A program made the position numbers and the translations under genes. Under the pieces are notes generated by a model. That model ran no database searches, was not told where the DNA came from, and saw only the letters and a program-made list of their open reading frames with translations. Positions 38,812 to 49,364 of a DNA stretch of 64,000 bases are shown in pieces; positions within the stretch are counted from its first letter, which is position 1, and the number at the start of each line of letters is the position of its first letter. The stretch is from assembly GCA_965261975.1 (NCBI GenBank), contig CBDHEC010000024.1, forward strand, positions 39,763 to 103,762. Direction: 5' to 3'. The DNA comes from Alphaproteobacteria bacterium. Its GTDB lineage: Bacteria; Pseudomonadota; Alphaproteobacteria; UBA6615.

Positions 38812-40901
38812 CGGGTGAAGCTGCCGCCCTCGGCTACCAGACGCTCCAGCAGGGGCGACGGGGCCCAGAGTTTGCCGTGAACCTTCTCGAACGCCTTGAT
38901 CTGGTCGAGAATCTCGCCCAACCCGATCTCATCGGCCATGAACATGATGCCGCCGCGCCAGCGCGGGAAGGCGAAGCCGTAGAGCCACATCACATCGATG
39001 TCCGAGGCGCGGCTGGCGATACCCTCGTCGAGAATCTTGGCCCCCTCGTTGATCGCCGCGTACAGACAGCGCGCGCGGATCTCGTCGTCGGAGATATCCC
39101 GGCGTGCGATGCCCTGCTCCTTCGCCACGGCCGCCGCGACGCCCTCGACCTCCGGGTCGGGCTGCGGCCGCCGCCCGCCCTCTTCATAGGCATACCAGCC
39201 CTGCCCGGCCTTGATGCCGAATCGGCCGAGCTCGCACATCCGGTCGGCCAGATGCATGTAGCGCGCATCCGGATCGCGTTGATCGGCGAGGGACTGGCGC
39301 ATCCGCCAGCTCACATCGAGGCCTGACAGGTCGCTCACCGCGAGCGGGCCCATGGGCATGCCCAGATCGGTCAGTACCTTGTCCACCTGGGCCGGTGACG
39401 CCCCCTCCTCGACCAGGAACGTGGCTTCCCGGACCAGCGGAAGACGCGAGCGGTTGGCGACGAAGCCATGGCAGACGCCCGCCAGCACGCCGACCTTGCC
39501 GGTGCGCTTGGCCAGCGCCATCCCCGTGGCGATGGCGTCGGGCGCACAGTTCGCCGGGCGCACCACCTCGAGCATGCGCATCACGTTGGCGGGTGCGAAG
39601 TAATGCAGGCCGATGATGTCTTCGGGCCGCGACGTGGCCGCCGCGATGGCATCGATATCCATATACGACGTGTTGGTGGCGAGGATCGCACCGGGCTTGG
39701 CGACTTTCTCCAGGGCACCGAAAATCTGCTTCTTCACGTCCATATCCTCGAACGCGACCTCGATGACGAGGTCGGCGTCCGACAGGGCGCCATAGTCCAG
39801 CGCACCGGAAATGCGTCCGAGGCGTTCGTCCTTCGTGGCCGTGTCGATCCGGCCCCGCGCCACCATCGCCTCGTAGAGCTTCGCGATCTCGGCCAAAGCC
39901 GCATCCAGCGCCTCCTGGCCGGTCTCGACGATGGTCACGGGGAGGCCCGAATCCGCCAGGCTGATGGCGATGCCGCGGCCCATGGTGCCCGCGCCGATCA
40001 CGCCTGCACTGTCGATCGGACGCGGGGCAACATCCTTGCCGATGTCGGGAATCTTCGCCGCCTCGCGCTCGGCGAAGAAGGCGTAGCGCAGGGCTGCCGA
40101 CTGGCCACTCGTCTTGCAGGCCTCGAACCGCACACGGTCCGCCGCCACCGCATCCGGGTACGGCATGCGCAGCCCGTCGATGACGCTCTCGATGGCCTGA
40201 TGGGGCGAATCCTGGCCGCGAAAGCGACGGTTGGCGAGGTCGCGATATTTCTCGATGGTCTCGGCATGTTCCTCCGGCGAGCCGATCCCGTTTTGCGGTT
40301 CGCTGGAGATTTGGCGCGGCGTGCCGTCGGACAGGATCTTCTCGGCAAACGCGACGGCTCCGTCGCGCAGATCGCCTTCGATGATTTCGTCGATGATCCC
40401 GTATTCGAGCGCCTTGGCGGCCCCGACGGGTTTTCCCAGAACGATCAGCTCGAGCGCGTGGTCCAGCCCGGCCACCCGCGGCAGGCGCTGTGTCCCGGCC
40501 GCTCCGGGAAATATCCCGAGATTGACCTCGGGCGTGCCGACCCGCGCGCTCGAAGACGCGACGCGGAAATGACAACCCAGGGCCAGCTCCAGCCCGCCGC
40601 CGAGCGCGGTCCCGTGGATCGCGGCGACGATGGGTTTCTCGATGTCGTCGAGCCGGTCGATCACCGTCATCAGATGGGGTTCGCGCGCCGGCTGGTCGAA
40701 CTCTCGGATGTCCGCGCCGGCGGGAAACGTGCGCCCCGCGCCGATCAACACGATGGCCTCGACGGATGCATCGGCAACCGCACGTTCCATCCCGGCGACG
40801 ATACCCTCGCGCACCGCGTGACCCAGCGCGTTGACCGGCGGGTTGTCGATGGTCAGGACAGCGACCCGTCCCGCGATCTCATAGCTCACAACGTCACTCA
40901 T
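38808..40901 (-). CDS. bifunctional enoyl-CoA hydratase / 3-hydroxyacyl-CoA dehydrogenase (FadB/FadJ-like), copy 1
   Basis: Start at Met19 of the track ORF. Crotonase half (DNPPVNAL, FPAGADI) plus dehydrogenase half (GVIGAGTMGRGIA). Confidence 0.85.
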   Translation of the reverse strand: MSDVVSYEIAGRVAVLTIDNPPVNALGHAVREGIVAGMERAVADASVEAIVLIGAGRTFPAGADIREFDQPAREPHLMTVIDRLDDIEKPIVAAIHGTALGGGLELALGCHFRVASSSARVGTPEVNLGIFPGAAGTQRLPRVAGLDHALELIVLGKPVGAAKALEYGIIDEIIEGDLRDGAVAFAEKILSDGTPRQISSEPQNGIGSPEEHAETIEKYRDLANRRFRGQDSPHQAIESVIDGLRMPYPDAVAADRVRFEACKTSGQSAALRYAFFAEREAAKIPDIGKDVAPRPIDSAGVIGAGTMGRGIAISLADSGLPVTIVETGQEALDAALAEIAKLYEAMVARGRIDTATKDERLGRISGALDYGALSDADLVIEVAFEDMDVKKQIFGALEKVAKPGAILATNTSYMDIDAIAAATSRPEDIIGLHYFAPANVMRMLEVVRPANCAPDAIATGMALAKRTGKVGVLAGVCHGFVANRSRLPLVREATFLVEEGASPAQVDKVLTDLGMPMGPLAVSDLSGLDVSWRMRQSLADQRDPDARYMHLADRMCELGRFGIKAGQGWYAYEEGGRRPQPDPEVEGVAAAVAKEQGIARRDISDDEIRARCLYAAINEGAKILDEGIASRASDIDVMWLYGFAFPRWRGGIMFMADEIGLGEILDQIKAFEKVHGKLWAPSPLLERLVAEGGSFTR

Positions 40902-41018
40902 ATCCGTCCCCTGATTCCCGCATACGCCTGTGCTAATTCTGTGGTCTAATTTCATTCCAGGCGGCAGTGACCAATATGATGCGCAGACCCGCGCGGCCGG
41001 TCAAACGGAGCAAGAAAA

Positions 41019-41501
41019 TTGTCTCATTACGGACACCCCGATGAATTTCTCGACAAGGTCGGCCAAGAACTCGGCGTCAGCGACTGGGTCCTGATCGACC
41101 AGGCGCAGATCGATGCCTTCGCCGAGGTCACCAACGACCATCAATGGCTGCATGTGGACCCCGAGCGCGCCGCGACCGAAATGCCCACCGGCACGACGAT
41201 TGCCCATGGCTTCCTCGTGCTGTCGCTGATCCCGGGGCTGAGCTACCCGTTCTTCCAGGTCGACAACCTCGCCCACACCATCAATTACGGGCTCAACAAG
41301 GTGCGCTTCACGGCCATGGTGCCGGTCAACTCGCGGGTCCGCCTGCGCCAGTCCCTGGCCAGCGCGGAGAAGCGCCCCGACGGCAGCGTGCATCTCGTCC
41401 TCGACGGCGTCATCGAACTCGAAGGCAGCGAACGGCCCGCCGTGGTCACCCAGACCGTCCGCCTGCTGTTCCCCGAACCCATCGGGGCCACCTCACAATG
41501 A
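41019..41501 (+). CDS. MaoC-like (R)-specific enoyl-CoA hydratase / hot-dog dehydratase
   Basis: 160 aa. FAEVTNDHQWLHVDPERA hydratase-2-like motif. Confidence 0.75.
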   Translation: MSHYGHPDEFLDKVGQELGVSDWVLIDQAQIDAFAEVTNDHQWLHVDPERAATEMPTGTTIAHGFLVLSLIPGLSYPFFQVDNLAHTINYGLNKVRFTAMVPVNSRVRLRQSLASAEKRPDGSVHLVLDGVIELEGSERPAVVTQTVRLLFPEPIGATSQ

Positions 41502-42571
41502 GTACCGCTGCGCGTACTTTCTCACGCACCGACCAGGTCGTGCCCGTGCTCGAACAGCACCGTTTCGACGATGCACCACTGGTCACGTGGATGGCCGCCA
41601 ACATCGAAGGCTTCGAAGGCCCGCTCGAGCTGGCGCAATTCCAGGGCGGCATGTCGAACCCGACCTTCCTGCTGACCGACGCGAACGGCCGGCGCTACGT
41701 GCTGCGCAAGAAGCCGCCGGGCGAGCTGCTGCCGTCGGCCCACGCGGTCGACCGGGAGCACCGGATCACCTCGGCCCTGGCGGATACGGACGTACCGGTC
41801 GTGCGAACCCTGGCGCTGTGCGAGGACACGTCCATCGTCGGCACCGAGTTCTTCCTGATGGACCATGCCGACGGCCGCGTGTTCCACGACCCCTCCCTGC
41901 CGGACCTGACGCCGGATGAGCGCGCCGCGGTCTCGGCCTCGATGATCGAAACACTCGCCGCCCTCCACCAGGTGGATTTCGAAGCGGTGGGCCTGGGCGA
42001 CTATGGCCGGATCGGCGGTTACATGGGCCGCCAGGTGGCACGCTGGTCGAAGCAGTATGAGGCGTCCAAGACCGACGAGCTGGCCGAGATGGACCATCTC
42101 ATGGCCTGGCTGCCCGACAACATGCCCGACGACAGCGAGACGACCATCGTCCATGGCGACTTCCGGCTGGAAAACCTGATCATCGCCCATGACGAACCCA
42201 AGGTGATCGCGGTGCTGGACTGGGAGCTCTCGACCTTGGGCCATCCGCTCTCGGACCTGGCTTATAACTGCCTGCCCTACCACTGGCCGGAGGAATCCTT
42301 CGGCGACATGCGCGGGCTCGACCCGACGACCCCGGGCATTCCATCAGTCGACGACTATGTCGCCGCCTATTGCCGGCATACCGGACGCGGCGAGATCGAG
42401 AACTGGAACTTCTACCTGGTGCTCTCCCTGTTCCGCCTCGCGGCGATCATCCAGGGCGTCTATTACCGCGGGCTGCAGGGCAACGCCTCGTCGCCCGAGG
42501 CGCTGCTGCGCCGGGATCTGACCCGCCAGCTGTCGATCAGGGCCTGGGGGTTGGTGGAGGCGGGCGACTAG
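41498..42571 (+). CDS. phosphotransferase (APH/ChoK-like kinase) family protein
   Basis: Start at Met119 of the track ORF (ATGA overlap with maoC). GGMSNPTFLL, YVLRKKPPG, Brenner-type IVHGDFRLENLI and LDWELSTLGHPLSDL. Confidence 0.8.
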   Translation: MSTAARTFSRTDQVVPVLEQHRFDDAPLVTWMAANIEGFEGPLELAQFQGGMSNPTFLLTDANGRRYVLRKKPPGELLPSAHAVDREHRITSALADTDVPVVRTLALCEDTSIVGTEFFLMDHADGRVFHDPSLPDLTPDERAAVSASMIETLAALHQVDFEAVGLGDYGRIGGYMGRQVARWSKQYEASKTDELAEMDHLMAWLPDNMPDDSETTIVHGDFRLENLIIAHDEPKVIAVLDWELSTLGHPLSDLAYNCLPYHWPEESFGDMRGLDPTTPGIPSVDDYVAAYCRHTGRGEIENWNFYLVLSLFRLAAIIQGVYYRGLQGNASSPEALLRRDLTRQLSIRAWGLVEAGD

Positions 42572-43815
42572 TCCCCGCCGCCGGCCAGTTCGAGCATCGC
42601 GCCCAGCAGAACCTGGCCGCCGGCGCTCACCCATTCGGGCTTCGCATCCTCGATTTCGTTGTGGCTGATGCCGTCGACGCAAGGGATGAAGATCATCGAC
42701 GTCGGCGCGACCGCCGCCACGTTGCAGGCATCGTGACCCGCACCCGAGATGATATCGCGGGCCGACAATTCCCGGCTCGCGGCGGCATTGCGCACCGCGG
42801 TTACGCAGCGCTCGGCGAAGACAATCGGCTCGATATAGAAGATTTCCTCGAATTCGCTCTCGAGGCCTATCTCGGCGACGATGTCTTTCATGCCCGCATG
42901 CAGCTTCGCGTCCATATCGCGCAGGATGTCGTCGTCGGGATGGCGAAACTCCGCGGTCATGAAGACCTGGCCCGGGATGACGTTCCGCGAGTTGGGATAG
43001 GATTCGATCATGCCCACGGTCGAGCGCGCATCGGGCGCATTGTCCATGCCGATCCGGTGGACCAGCTCGACGATTCGCGCCGCGCCGACCAGCGCATCGC
43101 GGCGACGCTCCATGGGCGTGGTACCGGCATGGGATTCCTGGCCGGTTAGCGTGATCTCGTACCAGCGTTGACCCTGGGCCCCGGTGACGACGCCGATGGA
43201 GATGTCCTCATCCTCGAGGATCGGCCCCTGCTCGATATGCGCCTCGACATAGGCGTGCAGGTCGCGGCCGCCGACGGGTTGATCGCCGGCATAGCCGATT
43301 CGTTCAAGCTCCTCGCCGATGGTCTTGCCGTCCACATCGGCACGCGACAGTCCGTGTTCCAACGTGTGCTGGCCGCCGAAGACGCCGGACGAGATCATGG
43401 CCGGCGCGAACCGGCTGCCCTCCTCGTTGGTCCAGCAGACAACCTCGATGGGGTGCTCGGTCTCATAGTCCAGATCGTTGAGGCTGCGGATCACCTCGAG
43501 GCCCGCGAGCACGCCGTAAATCCCGTCGAACTTCCCGCCGGTCGGCTGCGTGTCCAGGTGGCTGCCGGTCACCACGGGTGGCAGGGAATCATCCCGCCCG
43601 GCGCGGCGGGCAAAGATATTGCCCATCTGGTCCACGCTCACGGTGCAACCGGCCGCCTTGCACCAGTCGACGAACAGGTCCCGCGCCTCTCGGTCGAGAT
43701 CGGTGAGCGCCAGGCGGCGGCTGCCGCCCTTCTCGGTCGGGCCGATCTCGGCGATGTCCATGATGCTCTGCCAAAGACGATCTCCGTCGATGGAAAGGTT
43801 GCGCGGTTCATTCAT
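42568..43815 (-). CDS. M20-family Zn-dependent hydrolase (allantoate amidohydrolase / N-carbamoyl-L-amino-acid hydrolase type)
   Basis: GSHLDTQPTGGKFDGIYGV and HRIGMDNAPD-type regions. The start is ambiguous (43815 or 43824). Confidence 0.75.
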   Translation of the reverse strand: MNEPRNLSIDGDRLWQSIMDIAEIGPTEKGGSRRLALTDLDREARDLFVDWCKAAGCTVSVDQMGNIFARRAGRDDSLPPVVTGSHLDTQPTGGKFDGIYGVLAGLEVIRSLNDLDYETEHPIEVVCWTNEEGSRFAPAMISSGVFGGQHTLEHGLSRADVDGKTIGEELERIGYAGDQPVGGRDLHAYVEAHIEQGPILEDEDISIGVVTGAQGQRWYEITLTGQESHAGTTPMERRRDALVGAARIVELVHRIGMDNAPDARSTVGMIESYPNSRNVIPGQVFMTAEFRHPDDDILRDMDAKLHAGMKDIVAEIGLESEFEEIFYIEPIVFAERCVTAVRNAAASRELSARDIISGAGHDACNVAAVAPTSMIFIPCVDGISHNEIEDAKPEWVSAGGQVLLGAMLELAGGGD

Positions 43816-43916
43816 GGCGGGCATTCCGGGATGGGGTGGGAGAAGCGGTTTCGCCCATGATACCTTTTCCGGCCCCTTCCTCACAGATCACGTTCGCACT
43901 GACTGGGTTGCAATAA

Positions 43917-45539
43917 ATGAACACGCAAACCGGACGGCCGGTCACCCTGGCACCCAACGGCCTCGTTACCTCGCCGCATTCGCTGGCCTCGGCAGCCGGG
44001 GTCGACGTGCTGCGCGCCGGCGGTTCGGCCGTCGATGCGGCGATGGCCACGAGCGCCGCCCTGGCCGTGCTCTACCCGCACATGACCAGCATCGGCGGCG
44101 ATGCCTTCTGGCTGATCCACGACGCCAAGACCGGGGCGGTCAAATATCTTAACGGCGGCGGACGCGCCGCGGCCGGCGGCACCCTGGACGCCATGGCGGC
44201 CCGCGGCCTGTCCGACATCCCCTTCCGCGGCGTGATCCCCGCGACCCTGACGGTGCCCGGCGCGCTGGCGAGCTGGGACGAAGCGCACATGGCGTATGGC
44301 CGCCTGCCGCTGCCGCGCATCCTCGAGGCCGCGATCGGCTACGCGCGCGACGGCTTCCCGGTCACCGAGCGGCTGGCGGGACATATCGTCGAGCGTCGGG
44401 ACGACCTGGGCGCCAACGAATATTCCGCGCGCATCTTCCTGCCCGACGGTACGCCGCCGGCGACGGGCACGAAGCTGGTCAACCCGGACCTCGCGCGCAG
44501 CCTCGAGCAATTCGCAGAGGCGGGCCGGGCCGGTTTCTATGAGGGCGAGACAGCCGCCGAGATGGCGCGGTTCGCCGCGGCGGCGGGCGGCATCTTCACG
44601 GAAGCGGATTTCGCCGGTCAGACCGCGCGATGGGGCGAGCCCATTTCCAGCGAGTATCGCGGCGTCACCATCTACAACACGCCGCCCCCGACCCAGGGTT
44701 TCACGGTGCTGGAGATGCTCAACCTGATCGAGCCGTTCGAGCTCCACAAGCTGGAGATGCTGAGCCCCGAGCACATCCATCTTCTGGTCCAGGCCAAGCA
44801 GATCGCCTTTCACGACCGCGACCGGCTGCTCGCCGACCCCGACTTCATCGACGTGCCGGTCGACCAGCTGATCTCCAAGGCCTATGCCGACGAACGCCGC
44901 GGGCTGATCGACCTGGAGACCGCCCTGCCCTGGGACAAGGTGCCGTCGCATGGCAGCCTCGCGGGTGATACGGTCTACATGGCCGCCATCGACAGCGAGG
45001 GCAACGCCGTCTCTCTGATCCAGAGCCTGTTCGCGGCCTTCGGGTCGGGGCAGGTCGCGGGGCGTACCGGGATCATGCTGCAGAACCGGGCGAGCTATTT
45101 CTCACTCGACCCGGCGCACCCGAACCGGCTGGAGCCGGGGAAAATCCCCCAGCACACCCTGATGGCGTCAATGTCCAAGCGCGACGGCGAGCTCTGGTCC
45201 CTGCTCGGCACCCAGGGGGCCGACGGGCAGCCGCAGATCCAGCTGCAACTGTTCACCGACATGATCGATTTCGGCCTGAACATCCAGGAGGCGCTGGAAC
45301 TGCCGCGTTTCCTGTCGGGCCGCATTTCGCTGGGCGAGGCCCGCGACATGCTGCATCTCGAGGGACGCATGCCCGAGCCCGTCTTCGAAGGGCTGGCGTC
45401 ACGCGGCCACAAGATCAACCGCTGGGCGGACTGGAACAACCGCGCGGGCCAGGCCCATGGGATCGTGATCGAACCCGGCTCGGGGCTCTACACCGGCGGC
45501 TCGGACCCGCGCTCGGACGGCGCGGCGATCGGTTACTGA
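43917..45539 (+). CDS. gamma-glutamyltransferase-family Ntn hydrolase, cytoplasmic type, copy 1
   Basis: No signal peptide. Autoprocessing/nucleophile region GDTVYMAAIDSEGNAVSLIQS. C-terminal GGSDPRSDGAAIGY. Confidence 0.8.
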   Translation: MNTQTGRPVTLAPNGLVTSPHSLASAAGVDVLRAGGSAVDAAMATSAALAVLYPHMTSIGGDAFWLIHDAKTGAVKYLNGGGRAAAGGTLDAMAARGLSDIPFRGVIPATLTVPGALASWDEAHMAYGRLPLPRILEAAIGYARDGFPVTERLAGHIVERRDDLGANEYSARIFLPDGTPPATGTKLVNPDLARSLEQFAEAGRAGFYEGETAAEMARFAAAAGGIFTEADFAGQTARWGEPISSEYRGVTIYNTPPPTQGFTVLEMLNLIEPFELHKLEMLSPEHIHLLVQAKQIAFHDRDRLLADPDFIDVPVDQLISKAYADERRGLIDLETALPWDKVPSHGSLAGDTVYMAAIDSEGNAVSLIQSLFAAFGSGQVAGRTGIMLQNRASYFSLDPAHPNRLEPGKIPQHTLMASMSKRDGELWSLLGTQGADGQPQIQLQLFTDMIDFGLNIQEALELPRFLSGRISLGEARDMLHLEGRMPEPVFEGLASRGHKINRWADWNNRAGQAHGIVIEPGSGLYTGGSDPRSDGAAIGY

Positions 45540-45548
45540 CGCTGGACG

Positions 45549-46784
45549 CTAGGGGCGGTGCAGGTCGACCGCGGTGCGGGTGAAGGTCCGCCGCCCGGCC
45601 TTGAAGCCGAAACGCGCCTCGGCGTTGATCGCCACCGCGTCGGCGGCCGTCTCCGCGTCCCAGACCACCAGGTCCGCCGCGTTGCCGACCGCGACACCGT
45701 AATCCTCGCGACCCAGGAACTTCGCGGGCCGGTCGGTCATCATCGCGAAACACTCGGTCAGCTCGTCCCGCGTGCCGCGCTGGGCAACATTCGCGTACAT
45801 GTTGGCGATCCGCATCAATGAGCCGTCGCCAAACGGCGTGAACGGATTGAGAATGTTGTTGGTGGACAGGCAACAATTCACACCGTGGGCGGCGAGCGCG
45901 TTGCCGTCGGCCACGCCGCGCATCACCGAATGGTCCTGATGCCGGCCCACCGTAAACAGATCCGTTGCCGGCAACACCGTCAGGGTCACGCCGCTGTCGG
46001 ACATCAGCTTGCCCAGGTCACGCAGCTTCTCCGGCGGCATGGATGAGTATTTCGAGCCGTGGCCCACGGCCACGCAGCCGCCCCAGCCGATTTTGTCGGC
46101 AAGCTCGCAGACCTGGTAGATATCGAGATGATCATGGTTCGGGCCGACGTCGAGATGGATGTCGACATCGACGTCATACGCCTTGGCCAGCTCGAAGATA
46201 CGGTTGATCTGTGCGGGGCCGTCTTCGTCGTAACTCGGCGCACCGCCGATGGCCGTCGCCCCGCGTTCAAGGGTCGCCACCAGATTGGCGTCACCCTCGG
46301 GCACGCCCGTCCAGCCCTCCTGCAGGAACACGCAGAGCTCGAGTTCGATGGCCCAGGCGTAATCCTTTGCCAGCTGCTCCAGCGCATCCACGCTCTTCAG
46401 GCCGACATTGGGGTCGACCTCCACATGGGTCCGCATATGGGTACAACCGTGGGCAATCGCGGTCTCCAGCGAGGCACCGGCGCGCTTGTAGACATCCTCG
46501 ACCGTGAAGCCCGGCTTCACCGCCGAGACGCGCTTCATATGGTCCACACCCCGGTCGGGTGCCGGCTCGGAGCGGTCGAGCAGGCGGGACTTGTCGAGAT
46601 GGATGTGGGTTTCGATCAGTCCGCCGGACACCAGCCCGCCGTCCACATCGAGGCTCTCGACCGCCTCGGGCAGCTCTGCCTCGATCGCCGCGATGCGGCC
46701 CTCGGAAACGCCAATATCCTGTAACGGCGCATCGGCGTCGCCACCGACGATCCGCGCGTTGCGCAGCACCAGATCCAGACTCAT
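45549..46784 (-). CDS. amidohydrolase (cytosine deaminase / AtzC-like)
   Basis: GLIETHIHLDKS (HxH) plus a later His/Asp pattern (THMRTHVE, CLSTNN). 411 aa. Confidence 0.7.
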   Translation of the reverse strand: MSLDLVLRNARIVGGDADAPLQDIGVSEGRIAAIEAELPEAVESLDVDGGLVSGGLIETHIHLDKSRLLDRSEPAPDRGVDHMKRVSAVKPGFTVEDVYKRAGASLETAIAHGCTHMRTHVEVDPNVGLKSVDALEQLAKDYAWAIELELCVFLQEGWTGVPEGDANLVATLERGATAIGGAPSYDEDGPAQINRIFELAKAYDVDVDIHLDVGPNHDHLDIYQVCELADKIGWGGCVAVGHGSKYSSMPPEKLRDLGKLMSDSGVTLTVLPATDLFTVGRHQDHSVMRGVADGNALAAHGVNCCLSTNNILNPFTPFGDGSLMRIANMYANVAQRGTRDELTECFAMMTDRPAKFLGREDYGVAVGNAADLVVWDAETAADAVAINAEARFGFKAGRRTFTRTAVDLHRP

Positions 46785-46890
46785 AGCCTACTCCCCGAAA
46801 TGTTCCCGACGTCAGCGTAGTGCAGGGCTGCGGCCCGCGCAAAGGAACAGCACGCAAGGCAGGGCTGCGCCTGCCGACACCCCGCCGGCT

Positions 46891-47228
46891 TTACTTGCCG
46901 CCAGCCGTGTCCCCCGGCGCTTCGGCGCGCTCGTCGGGTCCGTAGTCGCGCAACACCTCGGCGACCCGAAGGCGGTAGTTCCAGAAAATGCCGCCGCGAC
47001 CCTTCGCCTGCGCGATCTGATGTTTCGCATGGGTCCGCCAGGCTTTCACGGCCTCTTCGTCGCGAAAGAACGACAAGGCCAGGTACTTGCCCGGGTTGTA
47101 GATGCTCTCGAACCGCTCGACCGAGACGAATCCGTCGATTTTCTCGAGCTCCGTCGCCAGATCATGGGCGATCCCGAGATAATCCTCGAGGCGCCCTTCG
47201 GCGGGCCAGACCTCGAAGATGACCGCGA

Positions 47229-47232
<4 letters not shown>
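46891..47232 (-). CDS. antibiotic biosynthesis monooxygenase (ABM) family protein
   Basis: Only the last 113 codons of the 247-aa track ORF ([19 protein letters not shown]...) look real. The start overlaps the ACAD stop (ATGA). Confidence 0.7.
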
Positions 47233-48467
<1,235 letters not shown>

Positions 48468-48572
48468 CTCTTCCCCCGGGAACAGGCCAACGAGCATTCC
48501 ATCGTCCGAGCGGGTGCCGAACGTTGTGACTTCGCCTAGGATACCGGCATTGGAGTGAATAGGGGAATCGTC

Positions 48573-49346
48573 ATGAGCACGCCGTTCGACCTTTCGGGCA
48601 AAACCGCCATCGTCACGGGTTCGACCAAGGGCATCGGTCGCGCGATCGCATTCGCCCTGGCCGAGGCCGGCGCGAATGTTTCGGTTTCCAGCCGCGATGC
48701 CGGTCGCGTCTCCGAAACCGAAGCCATGCTGAAAGATGCCGGACACAACGTGGTCGGCGTGCCCTGCAATGTGGGCCGGAAAGACGAGCTGGAAAACCTC
48801 GTCGCGCGCACCAGAGAGACGCTCGGTCCGGTGGATATCCTCGTCTGCAACGCAGCCATCAACCCCTATTACGGCCCTTCGATGGACATCCCCGACGATG
48901 TCTTCGCCAAGGTCATGCACACCAACATCCAGGCCCAGCTCTGGCTCGCGCAGCTGGTCGTGCCGGACATGAAAGAAAACGCGAAAGACGGCGGGGCGAT
49001 CATCCTGGTTTCGTCGATCGGCGGCCTGCGCGGCAGCGATGTGATCGGCGCCTACAACATTTCCAAGGCCGCCGACATCCAGCTCGCGAAGAACCTCGCC
49101 GTCGAGCTCGGCCCGGACAACATCCGGGTCAACGCCATCGCACCGGGGCTGGTGAAAACGGATTTTGCGCGCGCGCTTTGGGAGAATCCGAAGTTCGCCG
49201 ATCCGCGTATCGCCGCCACGCCGCTCAGGCGGCTGGGCGAGCCGGAAGATATCGCCGGGGCCGCCGTTTTCCTGGCGTCAGATGCCGGCCGCTGGATGAC
49301 AGGCCAGACCCTGGTGATCGACGGTGGCGCGACGGTGCCGGTCTAA
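48573..49346 (+). CDS. SDR family oxidoreductase
   Basis: Start at Met7 of the track [21 protein letters not shown], catalytic GAYNISKAA (YxxxK). Confidence 0.85.
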   Translation: MSTPFDLSGKTAIVTGSTKGIGRAIAFALAEAGANVSVSSRDAGRVSETEAMLKDAGHNVVGVPCNVGRKDELENLVARTRETLGPVDILVCNAAINPYYGPSMDIPDDVFAKVMHTNIQAQLWLAQLVVPDMKENAKDGGAIILVSSIGGLRGSDVIGAYNISKAADIQLAKNLAVELGPDNIRVNAIAPGLVKTDFARALWENPKFADPRIAATPLRRLGEPEDIAGAAVFLASDAGRWMTGQTLVIDGGATVPV

Positions 49347-49364
49347 TCCCGGGCGTTGCCCCGC

